Of a stretch of 64,000 nt of DNA, positions 1 through 8,615 are shown in pieces. Both the position numbers and the translations under genes were made by a program. Origin of the DNA: an uncultured delta proteobacterium (GTDB lineage Bacteria > Myxococcota_A > Polyangia > Polyangiales > Polyangiaceae). The notes under the pieces were generated by a model. The model was not told the origin of the DNA and ran no database searches. It saw nothing but the letters and a program-made list of their open reading frames with translations. Location: assembly GCA_963806225.1 (NCBI GenBank), contig CAWDXG010000004.1:5408001-5472000 (forward strand). Direction: 5' to 3'. Positions within the stretch are counted from its first letter, which is position 1; every line of letters begins with the position of its first letter.

Positions 1-640
1 CGATCTGCGCGAGGCCCCGGGTTGCGTTGACGCGCTGCCATGGTTCGAACAGCACCGGTCGCCGGTAGCGGCGCAACAGACGCAGCGGCCCGAGCAGCTT
101 GAGACCGACCAGCAGGACTGCCACCGCGGGAGCGATCACGCCGATGTGGCCGGGTGCGCGCGCGCCGCCGACCCAGACGGCCACCGACGCGACGATGGCC
201 ACCGAGACGAGATCGCTCGAGATGATGTAGAGGACGATGCCGCTGGCCAGCGCTACGCTGCTGCCTGTCTTCCGGGCGATCCACAGGCCGTAGCCGCCCT
301 GCCCGGCGGCGTAGCCGATCGCTCCCAGAAGGCTCGTTCCTGCCTTGCCGAAGAGCACATCCAGGTAGGGCAGCCTGCCGGTGCACCTGCGGAGCACGAC
401 CGTGTCGGCGAGCGCGACCAGCACCAGGCTCGTGGCGAGCAGCACCAGCGCGATGGGCACTAGCGGCAGGACGTGTCCGTTTTCCACTTCCGCTGCGATG
501 CGCCGCGGCGAGTAGCGCGCGAAGATGGCCGCAAACGCCACGGCGGCCACGAGATACGGAGCCAGGCGTCTCGCCCACTTTCCAGCACGGGAACGCGTCT
601 CCCTGGTTCCCGTGGAGCCCACGCCCCGAGTGTACGGCAT
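1..640 (-). CDS. Integral membrane protein, lysylphosphatidylglycerol synthase TM / flippase-like (partial, runs off left edge)
   Basis: Not in the ORF track. Manual reverse-strand translation from ATG 640 (alt GTG 622) gives ...KWARRLAPYLVAAVAFAAIFARYS...LVPIALVLLATSLVLVALAD...GAIGYAAGQGGYGLWIARKTG...GIVLYIISSDL; multiple TM helices and open to the window edge. The family call is by resemblance only. Confidence 0.55.
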   Translation of the reverse strand, partial: MPYTRGVGSTGTRETRSRAGKWARRLAPYLVAAVAFAAIFARYSPRRIAAEVENGHVLPLVPIALVLLATSLVLVALADTVVLRRCTGRLPYLDVLFGKAGTSLLGAIGYAAGQGGYGLWIARKTGSSVALASGIVLYIISSDLVSVAIVASVAVWVGGARAPGHIGVIAPAVAVLLVGLKLLGPLRLLRRYRRPVLFEPWQRVNATRGLAQI

Positions 641-671
641 CCCGGCCCGCCTGCTATAGGCGCGGAAGGTC

Positions 672-1886
672 GTGGACAACGTTACGCATTCCCTGGCCGG
701 TCTGCTCCTGGCCGAGAGCGTCGTACAGATCCAGGTGGTGCGCGGTCGTCCGCCGTCGGACCGCGAGCGGAGCGCGATCTATTTCACGTCGATCCTTGCC
801 AACAATCTGCCCGACTTCGACTTCTTGTACGCGCGCATCACGCACGGGCAGCTCGGCTATCTGCTGCATCACCGCGGCATGACGCACACGCTCGTGGCGG
901 CGGTGCCGCTGGCGCTTCTCGCGCTCGTGCCGATCCTGGCGTGGCCGCGCTGGCGCCGACAGCTGTCCTGGTCGATCGCGGCCGTGGCGCTGCTCGGCCC
1001 GCTGCTGCACGTGCTGATGGACTACGGCAACAACTACGGTGTCCACCCGCTCTGGCCGTTCGACAACCGCTGGGTGTACGGCGACTCGATCTTCATCGTG
1101 GAACCGCTGTGGTGGGCGGCGGCGATCCCGCCGCTGATCCCGGCGCTCCGGAGCCGCGTGGCGCGTGGCGTGCTTGCGGCCGTGCTGCTGGTCGGTGTCG
1201 TGCTCGTGTGGCGGAGCGGCCTGGTACCGCCGCTGGCCCAGGCCTGGGTCGCGCTGCTGGCGGTCGCGATGGCAGTGCTGGCGTGGCGGCTGGCGGCGCC
1301 CGGGCGGCTCCTTGCCGCCGTGGTCGCCGTGCTCGGCGTTGCGGCGGTCTTCGTCGGCGCCGGGCACATTGCGCGACGCCGGCTTTCGGCCACGCTGGGG
1401 CGCGACTTCCCCGCCGACACGCTGCGCGACCTGGTGACGACCCCGATGCCCGCGGACCCGCTGTGCTGGCAGGGGATCGCGGTGCAGACGCAGGGCGGGA
1501 CCTACGCCGTGACGACCACGACCCTGTCCCTTGCTCCCGGTGTCATCGCTCCTGCCCAGTGCCAGAGCCGCACCGGCACGACGACCGCGCCGACGAGGTC
1601 CGTGCAGGCGAAGGGCGAGCGCGGGCTCGTCTATCACGGGCGTTTTTCCGCGCCGCTTTCCCGACTGGTCGCCCTCGCTCGCGACAACTGCCAGGCGCGC
1701 GCGTTCCTGCGCTGGGCCCGCGTGCCGTTCTGGGTCGGCCGCGGCAGCGAGCTCGTGATCGGCGACCTGCGTTACGACCGGTCGCCGGGGCTCGGGTTCG
1801 CGGAGCTCCTCGTTCCGCGCCATCCGGTGAGCTGTCCGCGTTTCGTTCCGCCGTGGGTTCCGCCACGGGCGGCGCTCCTGCGCTGA
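672..1886 (+). CDS. Membrane-bound metal-dependent hydrolase (YdjM/DUF457 family)
   Basis: N-terminal MDNVTHSLAG, NLPDFD, HRGMTHT and HVLMD...YGV..LWPF motifs; several TM segments. Confidence 0.85.
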   Translation: MDNVTHSLAGLLLAESVVQIQVVRGRPPSDRERSAIYFTSILANNLPDFDFLYARITHGQLGYLLHHRGMTHTLVAAVPLALLALVPILAWPRWRRQLSWSIAAVALLGPLLHVLMDYGNNYGVHPLWPFDNRWVYGDSIFIVEPLWWAAAIPPLIPALRSRVARGVLAAVLLVGVVLVWRSGLVPPLAQAWVALLAVAMAVLAWRLAAPGRLLAAVVAVLGVAAVFVGAGHIARRRLSATLGRDFPADTLRDLVTTPMPADPLCWQGIAVQTQGGTYAVTTTTLSLAPGVIAPAQCQSRTGTTTAPTRSVQAKGERGLVYHGRFSAPLSRLVALARDNCQARAFLRWARVPFWVGRGSELVIGDLRYDRSPGLGFAELLVPRHPVSCPRFVPPWVPPRAALLR

Positions 1887-1890
1887 GGCG

Positions 1891-3063
1891 CTACCCGCCG
1901 AACGCCAGCAGCCGGCGCTCCGGGTTGCCGTGCTCGTCTATGTGCACGTAGGGGCGGCCGCCGCTTCTGGAGAAAGCGAAGGAACCCGTGTTGAGGTAGC
2001 GCGGCCCCTCGTCCTCGTGGTGCGTGTGGCCCATGATCACGAACTCGGCGCCTGTCAGATCCGCCACCTGGCTGGCCGCGTTGCGCAGGCGCTCGACGAC
2101 GCCGCCGCTGTAGCGGCTCTTGCTCGTGCGGACCGAGTACGCCAGGTAGCCCGTCGAAGCCGCAGCCAGGCCGAGGGCGACCGGATTGCCGAGCGCCACT
2201 CCGGCGGCGGCTCCAGACGTGGCCAGCAGCGTCGCGACGATGCGGTCGAAATACAGCCGCATGAACGTGTCGCGGAAACGGTGGTGGGTCGGCTGCGGCG
2301 CCGAGCCAAGCAGCTTGGCAAGCTGGGTCGTATCGAGCCCGGTCTCGGCCGCGAAGTCATCCAGGGCACGTGCGCCGAGCTCCCGCTCGATGCACAGCTC
2401 CGCCTGTCGCCCGGCTTCGACGCACAGGCGGATAGCAGTATGGAAGTAGCGGGCCACGATCCACGGCGCCCGGGGTCCGAACAGTCTGAACGTGCGGGCC
2501 AGTCCGCCGAGCGGCGTGGTCTCGTGCGCGTGCGCGAAGTGGAGCGCGCCGCTTGGCGCAAGAAAGCGCCGGGTCAGCGAAATCCCGAGCGGCTCGGTGC
2601 CGGGAGACCACAGCGCGAGCGGATGGGCCGGGGCGTTGTCCGGGTCGTAGAGGTGGCCGTGCTCGATGTGCACGCCGCCCCGGCGCAGGAACCACGGCTC
2701 GACCGAGAGCGGCGCGCGCTCGTCGAGCTCCAGCATCCCGACGAGCGCGCGGCGCACCTCCGGGATCGTTGTCGAAGCGTCGTGGTTTCCCGCAACGAGC
2801 GTGATCGCGCCGCCCTCGGCGAGGTGCGCGCGGCACGCCGACGAAAGCTCCGCCCTCGGCTGGAGGAGCGCGACCACCGACTCGGAGGGGTCGCGCTCGG
2901 GCGGGTCGACCGACAGGTCGAACAGGTCCCCGGCCAGCACCACCTCGTAGCCCTGGTGGTTCTGGATCAGGCGGGCCAGGTCCGCGGACGTTCCTGCCCG
3001 GCCTCCGTGCGACAGGTGGACGTCGCTGACGACCAGAACGGGGCGGGAGAGGCTCGAGCTCAT
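1891..3063 (-). CDS. Calcineurin-like metallophosphoesterase (LpxH-like fold) with C-terminal TM hairpin
   Basis: SDVHL, GDLFD, GNHD, HGH and GHTH motifs; start placed at ATG 3063 (MSSSLSRP). Confidence 0.8.
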   Translation of the reverse strand: MSSSLSRPVLVVSDVHLSHGGRAGTSADLARLIQNHQGYEVVLAGDLFDLSVDPPERDPSESVVALLQPRAELSSACRAHLAEGGAITLVAGNHDASTTIPEVRRALVGMLELDERAPLSVEPWFLRRGGVHIEHGHLYDPDNAPAHPLALWSPGTEPLGISLTRRFLAPSGALHFAHAHETTPLGGLARTFRLFGPRAPWIVARYFHTAIRLCVEAGRQAELCIERELGARALDDFAAETGLDTTQLAKLLGSAPQPTHHRFRDTFMRLYFDRIVATLLATSGAAAGVALGNPVALGLAAASTGYLAYSVRTSKSRYSGGVVERLRNAASQVADLTGAEFVIMGHTHHEDEGPRYLNTGSFAFSRSGGRPYVHIDEHGNPERRLLAFGG

Positions 3064-3195
3064 GAGGGGGTTTGGCCGAGCATAGCGTGGATTTCCGATT
3101 TTGCCCGTCGCGGGGCTGTTCCCCTGTTCTTCCAACCAGCCGGTCGGATAGAGGGTGTTCCACTGTTGACGCCAGTCAGGTTATGGTCGCCGGCC

Positions 3196-5067
3196 ATGCC
3201 GATGGAAACTCAGCGGAGCCGGGTAGTCGTCGAAGCGGAAAAGCTCCTGAGCGGGGTGGCCGACCGGCTATGGCCGGTGGTTCTCCGTTATAACGACCGT
3301 TTTGCCGGTGCGTCGTTCCAGCCGCGCTGGGCTCCGGCGCCCCTGATCCGCAAGAAAGAGCGGACTTTTCCTACACTGGGTTGGCCCCGCGAGACCGATT
3401 CGCTGTGTCCTATTTGCGTCAAGGAAGTGCGCGGGGCCGTTCTCTCCGGAAAAAAAGACCTTTCCGAGCTCATCGACGGTCGGCCGGGTGAGGTCAAGGC
3501 GAACATCATCGAGCGCGACGGCCAGATCTGGATGGTCAAGGAGTGCCCCGAGCACGGCGTGTTCGAGGACGTGATGAGCATGGACCCCGCGTTCCTGTCG
3601 CGCATCGAGAAGCTGTTCCCGGGGCGTGACTACGAGGCGCCGAACAAGCACCTGAGGAATCACGGCACGTCCAGCATCAAGTACGGCCGCGGTTCGGTGC
3701 TCACGGTGGATCTGACCAACCGCTGCAACATGATGTGCGACCCGTGCTTCATGGACGCGAACCAGGTCGGCTACGTCCACGAGCTCACCTGGGACGACAT
3801 CAAGAAGATCCTGGACGACAGCGTCAACGTGAAGCCGCGCCGGCAGATGAGCGTGCAGTTCTCGGGCGGCGAGCCGACGCTGAGCCCCCACTTCATCGAG
3901 TCCGTCCGCTACGCGCGGGATGTCGGTTACTTCTGCGTGCAGTGCGCGTCCAACGGCATCCGTTTTGCCCAGGAGCCGGAGTTCTGCCAGCAGGCAAAGG
4001 AAGCCGGGCTGCGCCTCGTCTATCTGCAGTTCGACGGCGTCACGAACGAAGCCAACAGCCACCGCAAGGTCGGCAACCTGTTCGACATCAAGCTGCGCGC
4101 CATCGACAACCTGCACAAGGCCGGGATCAACGTCGTGCTCGTGGTCACGATCGTCAACGGCATCAACAACGACCAGGTCGGCCCGATCGTGCAGTTTGCG
4201 ATCGACAATGCCGACAAGATCACCGTTGTCTCGTTCCAGCCGGTGAGCTTCACCGGGCGCGACGAGGACATCACCGACGAGGTCCGGGCGAAGCAGCGCT
4301 ATACGCTGAGCCACCTGGCCCACGACATGAAGACACAGCTCGGGCAGACCGAGCCCATGCGCGACTGGTTTCCGCTCAGCGCAATGAACCCGTTCAGCGA
4401 CGTGGTGGACCTGCTCATGGGTCCGGCCGCGGACTGGGGCGCGCTCAAGTGCGGCTGTCATCCGAACTGCGGCATTGGCACGGTGCTGCTCGTGCACAAG
4501 AAGACGAAGCAGATGGTGCCCGTGAGCGAGTTTCTGGACGTTGACCAGCTGCTCACCGACATGCAGCAGATCGCCGACGCCGGGCACGGAAAGAAGCGGA
4601 CCGTCGCCGAGATAGGCCTGGCGATCCTCAGGAACTTCAAGCCCGAGAAGGCGCCGCCCGGCTACGGCTTTACGGAGCTGGTGCGCCAGTTCATGAGCCA
4701 GACGGGCGCCGCCTCGAACGAGATCGGCGAGACCGAAGGCGACGCGGACAAGTTCGAGTGGCGCTTCCTGTTCGTCGCGGGCATGTGGTTCCAGGATCTG
4801 TTCAACTACGATTTCCGCCGCACCGAGATGTGCATCATTCCCTACGGCACGCAGATGGGGGAGATCAGCTTCTGCGCGTACAACACCGGCGTCGGCTGGC
4901 GGAACATCATCGAGAAGATGAAGATGACCGCGACCGTGGCGGACTGGTACCGCGAGAAGGGGCGTCACCCCGTGTACGCGAAGAACCAGAACCTGCCGCT
5001 ACCCGAGCTGCCGCTGGAGGTCGTCGTTCGCGACGACGACGGCAAGAAGAAGCTCCGCGTCGTGTAG
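3196..5067 (+). CDS. Radical SAM enzyme, tetraether/membrane-spanning lipid synthase (Tes/GDGT-MAS, MJ0619-like) family
   Basis: N-terminal SLCPIC...KECPEHG metal site; CNMMCDPC radical SAM motif; SGGEPT; YLQFDG; FQPVSFTGR; CGCHPNCG; C-terminal MWFQDLFNYDFRRTEMCIIPY...ISFCAYN. Real start about 3196; the upstream part of ORF 1930..5067 is antisense shadow of the neighbouring gene. Confidence 0.85.
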   Translation: MPMETQRSRVVVEAEKLLSGVADRLWPVVLRYNDRFAGASFQPRWAPAPLIRKKERTFPTLGWPRETDSLCPICVKEVRGAVLSGKKDLSELIDGRPGEVKANIIERDGQIWMVKECPEHGVFEDVMSMDPAFLSRIEKLFPGRDYEAPNKHLRNHGTSSIKYGRGSVLTVDLTNRCNMMCDPCFMDANQVGYVHELTWDDIKKILDDSVNVKPRRQMSVQFSGGEPTLSPHFIESVRYARDVGYFCVQCASNGIRFAQEPEFCQQAKEAGLRLVYLQFDGVTNEANSHRKVGNLFDIKLRAIDNLHKAGINVVLVVTIVNGINNDQVGPIVQFAIDNADKITVVSFQPVSFTGRDEDITDEVRAKQRYTLSHLAHDMKTQLGQTEPMRDWFPLSAMNPFSDVVDLLMGPAADWGALKCGCHPNCGIGTVLLVHKKTKQMVPVSEFLDVDQLLTDMQQIADAGHGKKRTVAEIGLAILRNFKPEKAPPGYGFTELVRQFMSQTGAASNEIGETEGDADKFEWRFLFVAGMWFQDLFNYDFRRTEMCIIPYGTQMGEISFCAYNTGVGWRNIIEKMKMTATVADWYREKGRHPVYAKNQNLPLPELPLEVVVRDDDGKKKLRVV

Positions 5068-5077
5068 TGGCGCCGCG

Positions 5078-6337
5078 TCAGCGGCGTAGCCCCTGCTGGA
5101 TGACGGACCACGGCACGGGCGTCGCGTAGCTCCACTGCACCTCGCCCTCCGTGGCCTCGCGGGACAGCTTCTCGCCGCCCCTGGTCTCGAAGTCGGTGGA
5201 GTGTTCTTTCTCGCCCACGGTGCACTCCCAGTAGACCTCGCCGAGCACGTAGTCGACGCGGGCCTTGGATTTCTCGGTCCTCTTGAATTTCTTGCCGTTG
5301 AAGCCAACCAGCTTGGGCATGCCGGATAGATCGAGGTCCGCGACGCTGATCGACATGGACCACGTCCATTTGCCCTCGTCCTTCTCGAGCCAGCGGTAGC
5401 CGATCTTCTCTCCCCACAGGAGGTACTCCTCCCAGGAGTAGCGCTCGCCGTCCTCCTTCTCGCTGCGGATGAGGTACGCGATCACGATGTACTCGATGCC
5501 GCCGAACACGGCGTGCGTACCGATCGGGATCTCCGGCTTCGAGTAGGCCTGCTGCTCAGCCACGACGCCCTGCCCGGTCAGGTCGTTCATCGCGCCGCAG
5601 TAGCTGCAGCCCACGCGCCAGGCGCGCGCGCCGCTCACGAGGTGGAGCTCGCCGCCGCAGCTCTGGCACTTGATGGCGCTCGTGGCAGCGCGGACGGCAT
5701 GGCCCGGAGCGCCAGGGTCCACGACCAACTCGTGCTCGAAGAAGATCCGCCCGGTGAAAATGTCGACCTCGTCCGCGTCGCTGTTGTCGCCGTAGTCGAT
5801 GGTCGCATACGTGCTGTTCGGGCCGCGGAGGTCCGTGTAGTAGAAGACCTCGCCGGGCTTCACGGGGAAGGGGAGCTCGCCCTTGGCGGTGACCACGCTG
5901 CCCGAGCGCGATTCGGCGACGCGGAAGACGCCGTGGCCGTCGAGCTGCACGTCCTGTTCGAGCTGGAGCGACCCGTACGGCGGAGGCTCGAACCACGGCT
6001 GGAGCGAGCTCGCGTACCAGATGCCGTCGTCATAGGCGAGCCAGCCCCACGCCTGCCCGCCGTAGCTCAGGTAGTACTCCTCCCAGACTCCCTGGCCGTA
6101 GTCGAGCTGGAGCTGCCCCATCACCATGAACGGGTAGCCGGCGAGCGTGCCGGTGTCGCCCACGGCTATCAGTGACGGAACCTTGGCGAGCTCGGCGACC
6201 TTGCCCAGGTTCTCGAGGCCCTTGTCGCTGCGCACGATCGTGGTGCGGCAGTAGTCGCACACCTTGGCGAGCGACGAGCCGACGCCGAATTCCACGGGCG
6301 CTCCACAGCCCGGACAACTCCCCTGTGCCACCGCCAT
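5078..6337 (-). CDS. DUF4178 domain protein with two zinc-ribbon + DUF4178 modules
   Basis: CPGCG...CDYC and CQSCG...CSYC ribbons, each followed by a WEEY-containing domain; AKGELPF and YVLGEVYW. Confidence 0.75.
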   Translation of the reverse strand: MAVAQGSCPGCGAPVEFGVGSSLAKVCDYCRTTIVRSDKGLENLGKVAELAKVPSLIAVGDTGTLAGYPFMVMGQLQLDYGQGVWEEYYLSYGGQAWGWLAYDDGIWYASSLQPWFEPPPYGSLQLEQDVQLDGHGVFRVAESRSGSVVTAKGELPFPVKPGEVFYYTDLRGPNSTYATIDYGDNSDADEVDIFTGRIFFEHELVVDPGAPGHAVRAATSAIKCQSCGGELHLVSGARAWRVGCSYCGAMNDLTGQGVVAEQQAYSKPEIPIGTHAVFGGIEYIVIAYLIRSEKEDGERYSWEEYLLWGEKIGYRWLEKDEGKWTWSMSISVADLDLSGMPKLVGFNGKKFKRTEKSKARVDYVLGEVYWECTVGEKEHSTDFETRGGEKLSREATEGEVQWSYATPVPWSVIQQGLRR

Positions 6338-6441
6338 GGCTTGCTTCTAGCGGATCCTCGCTCTTTTGTGCACCCATTGCGCGACGTGCAGGATGTGCCG
6401 GCGTGCGGCGTGAAGGCGGTCCGCTACACTGGCCATGCTGC

Positions 6442-7386
6442 ATGCCCCCCCGAGGACGCCGCCATCTACGTCTGTTCGCTGTTCTGATCGCGCTTGCGCT
6501 CGTTGCCGGCATCGCTCACCTGGTCGGGCACGGCTTGATCGCTTCGGCTATCGCCTACGCGCCGAACCAGTACGGCGCGGCCGACGAAGAGGAGGCGTTG
6601 ACGAGCTCCGAGCGCGCTCTGCTCGGCCGGCACGCCACGATCGCCGTGCGGGTCGGGCCGCCGGTCGCCACGCTCTCCGCCTGGCTCATCGAGCCCGCGA
6701 CAGCGCCGCGGGGGACCATCCTGCTCCTGCACGGCATCCGCGCGGACAAGCGCATGATGCTCAGCCCCGGGCGGGCCTTCGCGGACGCCGGATACCGCGC
6801 CGTGCTGGTCGATCTGCGCGGACACGGGCGTTCGGGCGGCGAATACCTGACCTACGGCGTCGTGGAGTCGCACGACGTGTCGCAGGTGCTCGACGCCGTG
6901 GCGCGCCGCGGCCCGCTCGGCCCCGTCGGAGTCTACGGCTACTCCTACGGCGCGGCCGTCGCCATCCAGCTCGGCGCGCGCGATCCGCGCATCCGTGCGG
7001 TGGTGGCGATAGCGGCGTTCAGCACGCTGCGTGGCGTCGTCCGCGACTACGAGAAGCGGCTGCTGCCGGGCGTGTCGGACGTGCTGCCCGACTCCTACCT
7101 GCAGGGCGCGGTCGACGAAGCCGGACAGATGGCGAGCTTCGATCCGGATCTGGCGAACCCGCTGTCGGCTGTGCGGCGCCTGGAAGCGCCGCTGCTTCTG
7201 ATCCACGGCACGGCCGACCGGCGCGTCCCGTTCCGCCATGCGCTCGCGCTGGTGCATGCCGCGGGGAGCCGGACGCGCTTCATCCCCGTCGCCGGCGCGA
7301 CCCACGGCTCCGTCCTGGCCGACCCGCACGGGCGGCTGCGCCGGGCGGAGCTTTCGTGGTTCCGCCGTTGGCTCCGGCCAAGATAG
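6442..7386 (+). CDS. Alpha/beta hydrolase with N-terminal membrane anchor
   Basis: LLHG, DLRGHGRS, GYSYG nucleophile elbow, IHGTAD (Asp) and GATH (His). Confidence 0.85.
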   Translation: MPPRGRRHLRLFAVLIALALVAGIAHLVGHGLIASAIAYAPNQYGAADEEEALTSSERALLGRHATIAVRVGPPVATLSAWLIEPATAPRGTILLLHGIRADKRMMLSPGRAFADAGYRAVLVDLRGHGRSGGEYLTYGVVESHDVSQVLDAVARRGPLGPVGVYGYSYGAAVAIQLGARDPRIRAVVAIAAFSTLRGVVRDYEKRLLPGVSDVLPDSYLQGAVDEAGQMASFDPDLANPLSAVRRLEAPLLLIHGTADRRVPFRHALALVHAAGSRTRFIPVAGATHGSVLADPHGRLRRAELSWFRRWLRPR

Positions 7387-7395
7387 CGCAGGGGT

Positions 7396-8481
7396 TCAGG
7401 CCGTGGGCTGCTCCGCGTTCTGCATGAAGTCCATGAGCATCTTGACGAGCTCCGCAGGCGGAGTGACCTCGGGCTCCTCCACCGAGTCCTTGTCGTGCTC
7501 GAAGCGGAGCAGGTCGAGCTTTCTGAACTCATCGCGCACGCGCGGCGTGAGCAGACCCAGGCGCCTCAGGTTCGGCACGATCTTCGAGAACATCATCTGG
7601 CGGAAGCCCTTCTGGAACGGCGTGTCGCGCATCCAGGGCACCCACACGCTCTTGTCCCAGCCGAGCCGGTCGAACACCTGCTCCATCAGCAGCCGATCCC
7701 GCAGGAGGTAGGTGGCTTCGATGACGAAGTCTTCGCGCTCGGCGAGCTCGCGCGCGCTCATCTCCTCGCTGTAGACCTTCGACAGGCTCAACACGCCGAA
7801 CGCCACGTGGCGCGACTCGTCCGCCATGATGCGTGAAGTGATGTCCTGGATGAGCGGCTCGTTCTGCATCACCAGGCGCATCATGCCGAAAGCGGCGAGC
7901 GCCAGCCCCTCGACCATGATCTGCATCCCGAGATAGGTGATGTCCCAGCGCGAGTCGCTGACGATCTGGTCGAGCAGCGTGGCGAGGCTCGGGTGCACCT
8001 CGTAGCTCATACCGAGTTTCTCGGTGAGGTAGCGGTGGTAGACCTCGACGTGGCGCGCTTCGTCGGCGACCTGGTTGGCGGCGTAGAATTTCGCCTCTGC
8101 CCAGGGCACGGTCTGCACGATCTTCGCCGTCGCGATCAGCGCGCTCTGCTCGCCGTGCAGGAACTGCGAGAGCATGAAGGCGTTCATGTTCAAGCGCATT
8201 GCGACGGCCTCTTCGCGCGACAGCGTCTTCGGCGGAGCCATCAGCTGGTTCATGAACACGTCGACGTTGCCCTCGCGCGTGATCTTCTCGACATCCACGT
8301 CCGTGGACCAGTCCAGCTCGCTGGCATTCCAGCCGAGCTTCTTGCCCTTCTCGTACAGCGAGAGCAGCTTCTGATCCTCCAGCTTGTACTGCCAGTCGAA
8401 GACGGTTTCGAGCGTCGACTTCACGCTCCGGTAGGCGCCGCCTTGCGGAACGGGGAGGGGATTCTTCTGCTCGTAGTCCAT
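7396..8481 (-). CDS. Ferritin-like diiron oxygenase (AurF-like)
   Basis: HGEQSAL, DEARH, VEGLALAAF and DESRHVAFG diiron ligand pattern. Confidence 0.8.
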   Translation of the reverse strand: MDYEQKNPLPVPQGGAYRSVKSTLETVFDWQYKLEDQKLLSLYEKGKKLGWNASELDWSTDVDVEKITREGNVDVFMNQLMAPPKTLSREEAVAMRLNMNAFMLSQFLHGEQSALIATAKIVQTVPWAEAKFYAANQVADEARHVEVYHRYLTEKLGMSYEVHPSLATLLDQIVSDSRWDITYLGMQIMVEGLALAAFGMMRLVMQNEPLIQDITSRIMADESRHVAFGVLSLSKVYSEEMSARELAEREDFVIEATYLLRDRLLMEQVFDRLGWDKSVWVPWMRDTPFQKGFRQMMFSKIVPNLRRLGLLTPRVRDEFRKLDLLRFEHDKDSVEEPEVTPPAELVKMLMDFMQNAEQPTA

Positions 8482-8615
8482 GACAGCGGGATCCTGGACC
8501 TTTCTGGCGTCGCAGCAAAGCCCCCGGGCGGGGTAGGGAGATGTGCGTGCAACTGCTCGGCGGGACGCCCGAGCCCTGGTCGGATCCGGTACATCGGCGT
8601 ACCATCGTGACTCCC

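Noticed and set aside
1930..3195. N-terminal ~420 aa of the 1045-aa ORF 1930..5067
   Set aside because: It is the antisense shadow of the metallophosphoesterase gene; the radical SAM protein starts at about 3196.
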